A stretch of 47,104 nucleotides of DNA, from positions 1 through 47,104 of IMG/VR virus record IMGVR_UViG_3300048865_000016, one strand, 5' to 3'. A program made the position numbers and the translations under genes. Under the pieces are notes generated by a model. The model had not been told where the DNA came from. It ran no database searches and was given only the letters and a program-made list of their open reading frames with translations. Source of the DNA: a virus. Taxonomy: Duplodnaviria > Caudoviricetes. Below, one piece after another: positions 1 through 8,551 of this stretch; position 1 is the stretch's first letter; each line of letters begins with the position of its first letter.

Positions 1-126
1 TGCCTATCAGTGATGTCCAGGTGTTCTGCGATCTCTTGCTGCGTTGCCATGGCCTACGACTCGGAAGCGGAAGTACCCTTCCCGAAAAAATTTCATATCC
101 AGTGAAGGATGGAGCCTCGAATTACC
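1..126 (+). repeat. Terminal direct repeat (circular assembly overlap), copy 1
   Basis: Identical to 46978-47103; the next base differs (C at 127, A at 47104). Confidence 0.97.
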
Positions 127-157
127 CGCAAGGGGTGGGGGGGCCGAAAAAGGACCC
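83..157 (-). other. Lambda-like cos packaging site (cosQ, cosN, start of cosB)
   Basis: Minus strand GGGTCCT (157-151, same as lambda cosQ), candidate 12-nt end GGTAATTCGAGG (126-115), then 18 nt and ATGAAATTTTTTCGG, the same register as lambda ATGAAAATTTTCCGG; just upstream of terS. Confidence 0.8.
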
Positions 158-223
158 GCAATCTATCAGAAAGCACTATATGATAGAAGATTCCTATTAT
201 TGCCCTTTCGAACCTCTTTCTCA

Positions 224-961
224 TCACTTTCGCCTTGTCCGCAGCGCTTCAGCCATGGCCAACTCGAAGTTGGGACCTATGCGATCGTCTATCACACGCT
301 GGCCGACGCCAAAGAAGTCGAGCCGCTTGCCATAGCGGGGCTTGTCTACAAAGGCCAGGAGGATGGAGATCTGGTCCTTCTTGCGGCCCGTGCGCTGAGC
401 AATCCCAATCGGGACCTTACCGTTGCGCATGACAAAGAAGCGCTTGGCGTTACCCTTGCGCCGGCTTTGGCTGCTGTCTGTTGCATTGGCGCTATAGCCA
501 ACTTCAGTAAACCCGCCGATACCTGACAGCGCCTTGGTGAGCTGGCCACGCTTCATGTTGCCAAACTGATCCAGTTGAGCGCCCTTGCCTGGCACTACGT
601 ACTTACCTTGCGGCAGGATGCCTCGAGCCTTGAGCATCGCTTCACTGCGCTTGTCCGGTCGAGATCCGCCATAGACTTCAGGAGTAAGCCATCTGGTAGC
701 AGGTGCAGCCTTGTCTGCTTCATCCTTCACCCATACTCGCGCCACCAGGTTGTTCTTCTTGGCCGGGATCAGACGCAGGCTGTTCATGGTGTAGCGAGTA
801 GGCCGATCGAATACGCTTTGCATCTCCTGCTCAATCGCAGCCTTGGCTTCCTGAGCTGTCCTGGTCAGTGCCAGCGCCATCGCATACGGAAGCTGGTTCT
901 GCTCAAGGTCTGTCAGGATAGCCAACTGGCTGGCAAGGTTGCTGGACTCGACCTTGATCAT
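224..961 (-). CDS. Tail completion / minor tail protein (lambda gpZ-like)
   Basis: 245 aa, basic; 'LPYAMALALTRTAQ..VFDRPTRYTMNS' pattern; position next to cos. Confidence 0.65.
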   Translation of the reverse strand: MIKVESSNLASQLAILTDLEQNQLPYAMALALTRTAQEAKAAIEQEMQSVFDRPTRYTMNSLRLIPAKKNNLVARVWVKDEADKAAPATRWLTPEVYGGSRPDKRSEAMLKARGILPQGKYVVPGKGAQLDQFGNMKRGQLTKALSGIGGFTEVGYSANATDSSQSRRKGNAKRFFVMRNGKVPIGIAQRTGRKKDQISILLAFVDKPRYGKRLDFFGVGQRVIDDRIGPNFELAMAEALRTRRK

Positions 962-1206
962 GGCACTGGCCTCTCGTCCACAAACTCAACGGTTACATGG
1001 CCACGCAGTAAACGCGTATATACCTCGTCCCCTTCAGGCTTCTTTATGCGAGTAGGCAGCGGCGCCCATTGCACGAGCCCCTTACGGGTATCAGCCCAGA
1101 TGCATAACCCGAAGATCTCGCCTCCCATGCCTACCTCTAAACCGTTCACATAGACCCTGCGAAGTCCCCGCCCATCGTTTGTGTGATGAAAGGTGTCAGG
1201 CTTCAT
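958..1206 (-). CDS. Hypothetical phage protein
   Basis: 82 aa, 4-bp start/stop overlaps with both neighbours. Confidence 0.7.
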   Translation of the reverse strand: MKPDTFHHTNDGRGLRRVYVNGLEVGMGGEIFGLCIWADTRKGLVQWAPLPTRIKKPEGDEVYTRLLRGHVTVEFVDERPVP

Positions 1207-1526
1207 GCGTCAGCTTTCTCTGGTGAGGAAGCCTGAGATTCAGGCTCCTCCACTAGCTCAAAGGTCTGCTCGAAGAAGTCCGGACTGCAAGGGAACAACA
1301 TGCCTTTGGACAGGACGATGTAGTCTCCTGGCCGACAAATCCACTGGTCCTCAATCGTCAGCTCGACTGGTGCGGTACGCTCCCGATTCATAACGATATG
1401 GATGCGCTGCCCCTTGTCGGGCCGAAACTCATCCAGGGCGGCAGAGATCCTGCGGGCGCATTCGAGCGACCCATCCCACCGTGCAGCTTTGATGAGGGTA
1501 GTCTTGCGCCGGTAGGACTTGGGCAT
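1203..1526 (-). CDS. Hypothetical phage protein
   Basis: 107 aa; 'YRRK..GDYIV..FPCSPDFFEQTFE' motif common in phage small proteins. Confidence 0.75.
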   Translation of the reverse strand: MPKSYRRKTTLIKAARWDGSLECARRISAALDEFRPDKGQRIHIVMNRERTAPVELTIEDQWICRPGDYIVLSKGMLFPCSPDFFEQTFELVEEPESQASSPEKADA

Positions 1527-1544
1527 TGTTAGTCGTCCGAGTTA

Positions 1545-1781
1545 TTAGTAACGTTTAGGTTTGTTGTCCGGCCCGAATCCATCTGCATGAATCCCGGCAA
1601 TGATCCAGGTCAGTGCCTCCTGGATGTCGCGTATGGCGAGTTCATACGCTCGGTATGCATCCTCGTGTGAGTCCCTCGCGCCTGTCTGCGCCAGCCTAAG
1701 CAGCAATATGGTGTCGAGCAGTTGTATACGCGCCAGTGATGCTGGATGAGGTCTGCCCTCAACCATGTGCCGCCCTGTCAC
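1545..1781 (-). CDS. Hypothetical protein (start uncertain)
   Basis: 78 aa ORF in the late operon orientation. Confidence 0.55.
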   Translation of the reverse strand: MTGRHMVEGRPHPASLARIQLLDTILLLRLAQTGARDSHEDAYRAYELAIRDIQEALTWIIAGIHADGFGPDNKPKRY

Positions 1782-2091
1782 CCTGGCGCCGCTCAGTGCC
1801 TCGACGATTGCGGCCTTTGATCATGCAATCGACTCGGTGATAGACGTACGCCCCTTGATAGATCGGATAGGCCAGCAGCAATGCACCAATGAGGCTATTG
1901 GATTCAAAGCGCCATGGCTCAAAGATCCACGCCGCGATCATGGTTAAAAAAAACATGATGCAGCCTACAAGCTGGAAAGCGATTTCTACGCGGTCATCTA
2001 CCCGAAACCGCTTGTTGTGGCGTGTCCAGTTGATCATTCGGCCAATAGCCATGGTGAACACCAACAGCGCAATGATGGCAACACTGGTCAT
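1759..2091 (-). CDS. Membrane protein, holin/antiholin candidate
   Basis: 110 aa, about 3 hydrophobic helices, basic C-terminus, coupled to the upstream membrane gene. Confidence 0.6.
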   Translation of the reverse strand: MTSVAIIALLVFTMAIGRMINWTRHNKRFRVDDRVEIAFQLVGCIMFFLTMIAAWIFEPWRFESNSLIGALLLAYPIYQGAYVYHRVDCMIKGRNRRGTERRQGDRAAHG

Positions 2092-2405
2092 CAGTTCGCC
2101 CCCCCTGGGAATATTCGGTCAACAATGGTCATCACTCGCTTCTCGATAAGACCAAGGATTGGAAAAGCGGAGAAGCCAGAACCCATCAGGATTGCCCCAC
2201 GGCCAACATTCGCCGGGTCAATGAACGGCGCCAGCATCTCAGCCACAAAGAACGCGGCTAGCACCTTTGCCACAAACATCGCAGCAGTGAACTTGATCGA
2301 TGAGTTAGCTACACCAATGAGAAACGACAGCATGCCCCCGAAAGCCCCCAGGAATCCTGGAAGAGACCATGCCAGCAGGTCCGCAAGTATCTGCTCAAGT
2401 TGCAT
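2091..2405 (-). CDS. Putative holin
   Basis: 104 aa, about 3 TM segments, first late-strand gene after Q and the late promoter. Confidence 0.7.
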   Translation of the reverse strand: MQLEQILADLLAWSLPGFLGAFGGMLSFLIGVANSSIKFTAAMFVAKVLAAFFVAEMLAPFIDPANVGRGAILMGSGFSAFPILGLIEKRVMTIVDRIFPGGAN

Positions 2406-2520
2406 GGCTGCCTCGAAGACGATGAATTAAAAGACCCCGCCAAAGCACAAGCGGGACAGCCCCAGCATGGGGAAATCACAAGATTTCAAGCCGGATAAGC
2501 GGCAGTTTTTCGAGGATAAA

Positions 2521-2562
2521 TATAAGCCTTTTACTTGAAAAGACTTATAAAAAGCTTATAAT
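2521..2562 (+). promoter_or_regulatory. TA promoter/operator (probably leaderless transcript)
   Basis: TTGAAA(2535)-16-TATAAT(2557), ATG at 2570; overlapping inverted repeats TATAAGCCTTTT/AAAAGACTTATA. Confidence 0.75.
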
Positions 2563-2569
2563 AGTCCAC

Positions 2570-2824
2570 ATGAATAAGATCAACTGGACGAAGAAAGCCG
2601 TTAAGCAACTTCTGAAGATCCACTCGAAACATCAAGTTCAGATACGCGATGCGGTTACCGAACTGGAAAGGATGCCCGACACGGTTAACGTCAAGGCCCT
2701 GACCAATCATGAATACGAATACAGACTGAGGGTTGGCAACTACAGAGTCTTCTTCAACTGGGAAGGGACCATCAAGATAGTCAGCATCCAAGAGGTTAAG
2801 AAACGTGACGAACGCACCTACTAA
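2570..2824 (+). CDS. RelE/ParE-family toxin (HigB-like)
   Basis: 84 aa; 'WTKKAVKQL..YRLRVGNYRVFF..VKKRDERTY'; toxin-first order. Confidence 0.92.
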   Translation: MNKINWTKKAVKQLLKIHSKHQVQIRDAVTELERMPDTVNVKALTNHEYEYRLRVGNYRVFFNWEGTIKIVSIQEVKKRDERTY

Positions 2825-3128
2825 CGTACAGATAATCAACGGGCCGGATGGGAAACCGGCCTTTGTTGTTATCCCCTATGAGCAGTACGTGGCTCAGATA
2901 GAGGATGACCTTATTCCCCACGAGGTAGTGAGCCGTATGGTAGACGGCGCTACTGCCATTCGTGCATGGCGTGAGCATCTTGACCTTACCCAGGAAGAGA
3001 TGGCCAGGCGCCTAGAGATCTCCCAGCCTGCCTATGCCCAGCAAGAAGCCGTCGCCAAGCCTCGTAAAGCTACACGCGAAAAGATTGCTGCAGCATTTGG
3101 CATCAAGCCAGATCTGCTAGCGCTCTAA
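2805..3128 (+). CDS. XRE-HTH antitoxin (HigA-like)
   Basis: 107 aa; 'GKPAFVVIPYEQY' N-terminus and HTH 'LTQEEMARRLEISQPAYAQQE'; overlaps the toxin gene. Confidence 0.9.
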   Translation: MTNAPTNVQIINGPDGKPAFVVIPYEQYVAQIEDDLIPHEVVSRMVDGATAIRAWREHLDLTQEEMARRLEISQPAYAQQEAVAKPRKATREKIAAAFGIKPDLLAL

Positions 3129-3131
3129 ACG

Positions 3132-3160
3132 AAAGACCCCGCTCAGTGGCGGGGTCTTTT
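3132..3160. terminator. Bidirectional intrinsic terminator (tR'-like for the late leader; also ends the TA operon)
   Basis: AAAGACCCCGC-TCAGTG-GCGGGGTCTTT with T/A runs on both sides. Confidence 0.85.
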
Positions 3161-3201
3161 GGCTTGCGGCTCGGGGTGATGCAGTTGCCGCAGCATGAAT
3201 C

Positions 3202-3232
3202 AATATGTACCAGTTCTGTAATCCAGCGTCAA
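3202..3232 (-). promoter_or_regulatory. Late promoter, pR'-like
   Basis: TTGACG-17-TACATA just downstream of Q and followed by a terminator. Confidence 0.6.
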
Positions 3233-3252
3233 CAAGTCGTTAAACATATCAA

Positions 3253-3621
3253 TCATCCTGCCTCGGAAAGCACGCAGAGCCGTGCATCAATCCATGCTTC
3301 CCCTGCTCGCACCAGCTCCTGCGCTTTCATGTGGGTAATACCCATCAGACGGCCTAGGCGGCGAAATGTCATACCGTCATAGCGGTGGTAGTTCCAGAGT
3401 GCGGTACCCATTTCAGGATCACGCTGGTAAAGCCGGGAGACTGAATGGTCTACCCATAATGCTTCCGAGTCAGTGATCAAAGGGACCAGAGGACGGTCTG
3501 CCTCCTCAATGTGGTCGCGCATCAGCGCGTACAGGGGGCAGATGTAATGGGGAAGGCCTGCCTGCACTCTTAGCCAGATAGCCCATTGTCTGATGAGGAA
3601 ATAACTGTCGAGCTGACGCAT
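3253..3621 (-). CDS. Q: Late antiterminator Q
   Basis: 122 aa; 'LIRQWAIW..ITDSEALWVDHSVSRL..AGEAWID' lambdoid Q pattern; located before the late promoter. Confidence 0.85.
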   Translation of the reverse strand: MRQLDSYFLIRQWAIWLRVQAGLPHYICPLYALMRDHIEEADRPLVPLITDSEALWVDHSVSRLYQRDPEMGTALWNYHRYDGMTFRRLGRLMGITHMKAQELVRAGEAWIDARLCVLSEAG

Positions 3622-4073
3622 GAGTCCAAATACTCCTGGATAGCTTGTCGTGCAGCATCGAACCCGCCGCAAACTTCAGCCCGGTATCCTTGCTCCCGGG
3701 CACGCTTGATAAACTTGCGCTGATCACAACTGACGTCACTGGGTGTGAACGACCGGCGCTTCATCTCGATGAATAGGCCCGCATAGGGTTGGCGGATCAC
3801 CATGAGGAACAAGTCACTGGCGCCAGGCAGGAAGCCTTCAGCCTTCAGCCAGGCCATCTTCATGCCTCGCTGGCGCGCATTGCCTGCAAGATGACTTCCG
3901 TTTGGGATAGCGAACAGGCAACCCGCAAGCGCGGGGTACTGCAAACCAAACCAGCTAATCACCGCTGACTGCTCCTCATGTTCTGTAGCTTCATGCTTGC
4001 CACTGGACGAGCGGATGCGCAGCCTGTGGCCAGCGCCAGCAGATGGAAGCCCAGGCAGCCCAAGGCCTTTCAT
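3570..4073 (-). CDS. VRR-NUC domain nuclease
   Basis: 'EHEEQ..FAIPNG..EGFLPGASDL..LFIEMK..DQ' PD-(D/E)xK motif. Confidence 0.9.
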   Translation of the reverse strand: MKGLGLPGLPSAGAGHRLRIRSSSGKHEATEHEEQSAVISWFGLQYPALAGCLFAIPNGSHLAGNARQRGMKMAWLKAEGFLPGASDLFLMVIRQPYAGLFIEMKRRSFTPSDVSCDQRKFIKRAREQGYRAEVCGGFDAARQAIQEYLDSCVSSTVISSSDNGLSG

Positions 4074-4372
4074 GTAGCAACCTTGAGCCCTTTGGCCCTG
4101 AGTTCGGCAAGAATGATGGACCTCACCTCACGGCCACCCATGTTCAGCACTTCATCATGGCTGGGCAACGTTATGGTCAGCCTTGCACGACAGGCCTGCC
4201 AGTCGTTCCAGCGCTCCTGAGTACGCTGTGGGACAAAGCGACCGTGCCCATCTTTCTTGAGCCATGTATCTCTAAGAACCACTTCGATCGTTTCAGGCTG
4301 AAGACCGAGTGATTTGAGCGCCTTTCCCTCTTGGGTAATGATCCACTGCTCGAATTCTTCCAGGCTCGTCAT
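4070..4372 (-). CDS. Hypothetical phage protein
   Basis: 100 aa, ATGA-type overlaps on both sides. Confidence 0.7.
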   Translation of the reverse strand: MTSLEEFEQWIITQEGKALKSLGLQPETIEVVLRDTWLKKDGHGRFVPQRTQERWNDWQACRARLTITLPSHDEVLNMGGREVRSIILAELRAKGLKVAT

Positions 4373-4578
4373 TTGGAAGTACCCTTGCCCAACTCACGGA
4401 GGATCCACTCTCGAGAATCAATTACCTCCAGTATTTGTCCATCAAACGTACGCACGATGCTGGACGTGCCATGCCACTGTGAGCTGACAGCTGCCTCTGT
4501 GATTGAGGAAATATTGTCAGGGTGCAGACTTACGGCGGTACGGTTGTGATTACTGAGGGTTAACGTGATCACTTGCAT
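4369..4578 (-). CDS. Small FlbD-like beta protein
   Basis: 69 aa; 'ITLT..SLHPDNISSITE..LEVIDS..IL' resembles FlbD-family proteins; GAGGAGG RBS. Confidence 0.55.
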   Translation of the reverse strand: MQVITLTLSNHNRTAVSLHPDNISSITEAAVSSQWHGTSSIVRTFDGQILEVIDSREWILRELGKGTSK

Positions 4579-4637
4579 GCCTCCTCACAGCTTCACCCCA
4601 TTGATTAGAGGCTGATCATGAGCCTTGAACTCAAGGC

Positions 4638-4976
4638 TCATGATTCAGAGATCCTCGTCATCTGCCCGCAATGGGTACACTTCGTGCGCCTGCGTTCGGC
4701 CAAGCGCTCGATCTCTGTCCGGTACCGCTCGTGCTGGCGCATGAACTCACCCTGCTTTCGACACAGCTGCAGGAGCGCAAACATGGGATCGATCTTTTCC
4801 CGGCAGTCAGCACAGCGGACATAGGCCAGACGCTCGTCGATGACAAAGCGCTCATGCCGACATCCCTTGTGTGAAGGCAGTACTCGGTTGAGTACCTGCT
4901 CTACCCGCCCGGACTGGTACCGGATCGGGAGATCGAGGGGGAACTGCACCACCTTGCCCTTGATGTCGTCTGTCAT
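4638..4976 (-). CDS. Zinc-finger hypothetical protein
   Basis: CRH, CADC and CTHC motifs. Confidence 0.7.
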   Translation of the reverse strand: MTDDIKGKVVQFPLDLPIRYQSGRVEQVLNRVLPSHKGCRHERFVIDERLAYVRCADCREKIDPMFALLQLCRKQGEFMRQHERYRTEIERLAERRRTKCTHCGQMTRISES

Positions 4977-5710
4977 GACACCGTGGCCTCCTGTGAGGAA
5001 GCTGCGCCAGCACCTGCATCTGGCGGGACATACAGCCCATGGATAACCTGACGCCGGCCGGTCTCGTTTTGCGGGCTGACAACACCCAGCCCCTGAAGGC
5101 GTTCCAGGATGGCCGCGCCCCGGTTGTACCCGATGCCAAACTGGCGCTGGACGGCGCTGACGGAGGCACGCCCAGACTCGATGACAAACTGCTTGGCCTG
5201 TTCGAGCAGTGGGTCTTCGTCACCTGCTGGTGGTGGCGGCGTCTCAAAGGTTTGTTGCTCTATCGCAATGGGAATCTCGAGCTGATCTGCATCACCCTTG
5301 ATGAAATCGGTCGCCTGGTCGTAGTCATCAGGCGCCAGCACGAGTAAACAGAGCTTGTCTGCAGCGTCGGTAACTGCGTGACGATGCGGGGTGTCGCCTT
5401 CAACATCAGCAATCAGCCTGATGTTTTTCTTGACCTTGACCTCAGCAAGCTTGATAGGCACAGCCAGCGCGCCCTTGCTGGCGATGATACGGATAGCCAG
5501 ATTGACCCCTTTTTCAACCGCCTCTTCCACGCCTGCAATGGCCTGGTTCTGCTGCGCTTCGCTCAGTCGTGGCCAGACATCAGGGAGGTCATGCATCTGC
5601 TTGAGGCAGATCTTGATCAAGTCATGCTGCAGCAGCTCGCTGGCAAGCTCCGAAGGGTGCAACCCTATCTCGTGTGCGCGATCGATGATCTTCTTGTGGT
5701 CGGCTTTCAT
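4973..5710 (-). CDS. Phage protein with C-terminal FtsK gamma (winged-helix) domain and no motor domain
   Basis: 'DPLLEQAKQFVIESGRASVSAVQRQFGIGYNRGAAILERLQGLGVVSP' is the FtsK-gamma signature; no Walker motifs. Confidence 0.9.
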   Translation of the reverse strand: MKADHKKIIDRAHEIGLHPSELASELLQHDLIKICLKQMHDLPDVWPRLSEAQQNQAIAGVEEAVEKGVNLAIRIIASKGALAVPIKLAEVKVKKNIRLIADVEGDTPHRHAVTDAADKLCLLVLAPDDYDQATDFIKGDADQLEIPIAIEQQTFETPPPPAGDEDPLLEQAKQFVIESGRASVSAVQRQFGIGYNRGAAILERLQGLGVVSPQNETGRRQVIHGLYVPPDAGAGAASSQEATVS

Positions 5711-6240
5711 CGGGGATCCTGGTCTGAGGGAGGATGTACGGGCATGAGCTCGGCCTGCTGAGCGATCTGCTCGGCTGTCATACCCGGCCAGTAGCGCTGT
5801 GCGACGTGCTCACACAGGCTTTTGTAAAAACGGTTAAAAGCGAGATCGTCCATTTCATCGAAAGACAATGTTTGAGGGACAATCCGCTGCAGCTGGCCAA
5901 GGTTGGGGATGTTGAACAGCTCGGTTTCACAGCATGTACCGCTCTCAAGCTGAAGCCGCTTAAGGGTTTCGTGATCGGTGAGCAGAACAAATCCGTCTAC
6001 GTGCCTGCGAACAAGCCCAGCAAGAAGGTGCGCCTTGCGCCACTGCGTAAGGTTCCTTGGCTTGCTGATATCAGCCCTGAGTTCATCACCCGGTTTAATA
6101 CCACGTTGTCTGAGCAGGTTTTCATCACTGGCAAAGCGTGGAACCAGCGCCAGCTGACGCCGGCCAGTCGTCTCATCGATCATGACTTTGGCTTGGGTAT
6201 AGATCCGATTGCCGATCTTCTTGCGCTTACCGTCAGTCAA
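5707..6240 (-). CDS. Nin-region protein (DUF1367/NinB-like)
   Basis: 'KPRNLTQWRKAHLL..LSFDEMDDLAFNRFY' pattern; nin-region position. Confidence 0.65.
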   Translation of the reverse strand: MTDGKRKKIGNRIYTQAKVMIDETTGRRQLALVPRFASDENLLRQRGIKPGDELRADISKPRNLTQWRKAHLLAGLVRRHVDGFVLLTDHETLKRLQLESGTCCETELFNIPNLGQLQRIVPQTLSFDEMDDLAFNRFYKSLCEHVAQRYWPGMTAEQIAQQAELMPVHPPSDQDPR

Positions 6241-6424
6241 AGCCTGTCCCCTCCTTGACCAACCCTATCTCGAGCAGACGCCTCTGAAGCTTGACGTTGC
6301 GAGTGTGGATGTATCCCTGAGTGTTCAGGTCATCGATCGTAAGATTGGTACCCATCCGGGCGCCGTCCTCAAACGTGCGGTACAGCAGATCCATCAACTG
6401 GTCATGCTCAAGCTGATACGTCAT
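6233..6424 (-). CDS. Hypothetical protein
   Basis: 63 aa, overlaps both neighbours. Confidence 0.6.
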   Translation of the reverse strand: MTYQLEHDQLMDLLYRTFEDGARMGTNLTIDDLNTQGYIHTRNVKLQRRLLEIGLVKEGTGFD

Positions 6425-7137
6425 GTTGAGGATCTCTTGCCCAAAGCACTGCGGATCTTCTTGATCTCGGCCTTGGCCAGCTCTGTGTTGACAGGCTCCC
6501 TGGGTCCGCTCAGCCGCTTTGGTCTTCGGCTATCGGGCATATCCAAAAGGGGTTTATCGTGGAGCAGAAGCTTGCAGGCTTCGCGGTAGTGCCTTTTGAA
6601 GGCCTCAAGCGTGATGGGAGGACTTCCGTTCTGCAGGGCATCAAATCCGACCTGTACGGCTGCGTGGTAGATCGCCTTATGGGTCCAGTCCAGATCGCTT
6701 AGTGAATGTGAGCATTGGATGGCCTGCTTGAAAGCCTGCTCGACACTGGGCAAGCCTATTTGCTCAGGGCTTGGCTGACATAGCGCGAGGAACGTGCCGA
6801 CACTTGGGATATGGCCGTTGCCACTGGCGCGCAGATTGTCCAGACCAAAGCGCAGCTGCTCGATGGCTGTAATGCCTTCTTTGATCAAGGCATCAGCCCA
6901 TTCACGACGACAGGCGTCAAAGGTTTCCTGGTCTCTCCAGCTCTCCCGATAATGCGGGCAGATAGCTCTGAGCTGGCGGAAAAGCTGGCGGATGACATTG
7001 GCAGTACCGGAATCAATCTCGACTGCTGGAGCAAACAGGTCACGTGATGGCGCAGAAGGCTGATCTCTGGGTGCTCTCTCGACCTGGCCATGGATAACCA
7101 GTTGTGCCGGGTAGCGGTCCTCAGAGTGTGCAGTCAC
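6421..7137 (-). CDS. Replication protein P-like helicase loader
   Basis: 'LFRQLRAICP..REWADAL..GITAIEQLRFGL..PSVGTFLALC..GLPSVEQAF' lambda-P family pattern; follows the initiator. Confidence 0.85.
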   Translation of the reverse strand: MTAHSEDRYPAQLVIHGQVERAPRDQPSAPSRDLFAPAVEIDSGTANVIRQLFRQLRAICPHYRESWRDQETFDACRREWADALIKEGITAIEQLRFGLDNLRASGNGHIPSVGTFLALCQPSPEQIGLPSVEQAFKQAIQCSHSLSDLDWTHKAIYHAAVQVGFDALQNGSPPITLEAFKRHYREACKLLLHDKPLLDMPDSRRPKRLSGPREPVNTELAKAEIKKIRSALGKRSST

Positions 7138-7147
7138 GTCCTGATCC

Positions 7148-7960
7148 TCAATGTGCAGCGAGTGGTGCGGCTATCGCCTTGTCTGGCTTAACAGGCGGCT
7201 TGAGAACTGGGCTCTCCTCCTCCCGCTCCCTGTTGTCAGCAACCCACCGGACAAACTCTGCAACCCAGGCTGCCCTGGTCTGTTGTCGACTGGGACTTGT
7301 GTGGCAGACAACAAACTTCATGAGCATCACAGGTGTGAAACGCTGCAACTCGATACTCATCTCGACTGCGTAGTGTTTGAGCAGCTCCTGATCCGGCTTC
7401 CACTCCGAATACATGCTGATTACATCGCTTGGTAGCTCGTTTCCGTCTTGACGAACTGCAAGGGGAGGACTATCGGGCGCACGCGCTGGCACGCGCACGC
7501 CTGCAGGCGCGCTCGAAGAGCTCTTTTCTTTCTCTTTCTCTTTCTCTAGTCCGCAACCGGTCCGTGTTTTGTCCGCAACTCGTGCGGACATTTTGCGGAC
7601 ATCTTCGGGACGTTCTTCGGCTTGGCGGACGAGACGTTTGCGTTTGCTGTCTTCGGCGCGGCGCTTTGCAGACTTGCCGTTATGCTCGTGAAACTCAGGC
7701 ATGACGAGGCCTACAGCCTCATCGTGCACTAGCCAGCCAACATCAATCATGGCCTGGGCAATGCCCTCGTACCCAACAACGTAGTCCATCATCCGGGGGG
7801 TATAGCCTGGAAGCACACCATCATCAGAGTGTCGGTCGAACGTAGACCAGACCTCATGAAGTCCCCCGATAACCCTAAACTTGTCGGAATCCGTTGCGGA
7901 CATAATGCGGACAACTTTCGGATGGTCCTTCAGGTCCATTCGCATTTTTATCCAAGCCAT
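7148..7960 (-). CDS. Lytic replication initiator (O-like) with C-terminal DnaT-like domain
   Basis: 'MAWIKMRMDLKDHPKV' N-terminus, 'EKEKEKEK' linker, C-terminal 'WKPD..W..FV.WV'; after cro. Confidence 0.8.
   Translation of the reverse strand: MAWIKMRMDLKDHPKVVRIMSATDSDKFRVIGGLHEVWSTFDRHSDDGVLPGYTPRMMDYVVGYEGIAQAMIDVGWLVHDEAVGLVMPEFHEHNGKSAKRRAEDSKRKRLVRQAEERPEDVRKMSARVADKTRTGCGLEKEKEKEKSSSSAPAGVRVPARAPDSPPLAVRQDGNELPSDVISMYSEWKPDQELLKHYAVEMSIELQRFTPVMLMKFVVCHTSPSRQQTRAAWVAEFVRWVADNREREEESPVLKPPVKPDKAIAAPLAAH
7523..7612. repeat. Lytic origin iterons inside the O-like gene
   Basis: Direct and inverted GTCCGCA/TGCGGACA repeats next to a TTTCTC tract, as in lambdoid ori. Confidence 0.6.
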
Positions 7961-8117
7961 CTCAGTTCAACCCTCAACACATCTGGGGCAGCGCCCAATC
8001 GCCGGGCTGCTGCTAGTTTTTATAAGTGACGTCCCACACACTTCTCAGCCTGCACAACAAGCCTCTGGTCGAACGGCCTGCCACTATTAGTAGCAATCCG
8101 ATAGCATCACCCTCCCT

Positions 8118-8444
8118 TTATGTGGCCGTGTCATCTGGATCTCGTAGGGCAAACTGCTTTTTGCTCATGACCTGGTGATACCTCATGAACGCCTCCACAA
8201 GATCCGCAGCCACCTTGTCTATTTCACTGCCTCGGCCAGCCTTTGGCTCCGGTGTCTGTAAGGCTTCAAGGTTTGGGTCAGGATCAACCTGGAGTGCTCC
8301 ACCGCTCAGGCGATGTAAGGCGAGCTGGCGCAGAATCGGAATCCGGTCCTCTTGCCACTGCCTCACGGCCGGAACGGATATGTTCAGCGCAAGCGCTACC
8401 CCCTTCACAGATTTGAAATAACGTACTGCTTCGGAGCGCTTCAA
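8118..8444 (-). CDS. cro: Cro-like repressor with C-terminal extension
   Basis: 'EAVRYFKSVKGVALALNISVPAVRQW..IP.LRQ' P22-Cro-like HTH; divergent from cI. Confidence 0.85.
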   Translation of the reverse strand: MKRSEAVRYFKSVKGVALALNISVPAVRQWQEDRIPILRQLALHRLSGGALQVDPDPNLEALQTPEPKAGRGSEIDKVAADLVEAFMRYHQVMSKKQFALRDPDDTAT

Positions 8445-8488
8445 TGTCCCCCTCCCCTGGTGAACGTAAACCTAATCAGCCTAGGAAG

Positions 8489-8502
8489 GAAAGCAGAGTT
8501 TC
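8489..8502. promoter_or_regulatory. OR operator candidate GAAAGCAGAGTTTC
   Basis: Imperfect palindrome between cro and cI; 12/14 match to the inverted copy at 9395-9408. Confidence 0.6.
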
Positions 8503-8551
8503 CCCTGCCGAGCAAGCCACGACTTCCAACGAACTTGTATTGTTCTCGGCT

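Noticed and set aside
4973-5710. Full FtsK DNA translocase
   Set aside because: Only the gamma domain is present; no ATPase or membrane domains
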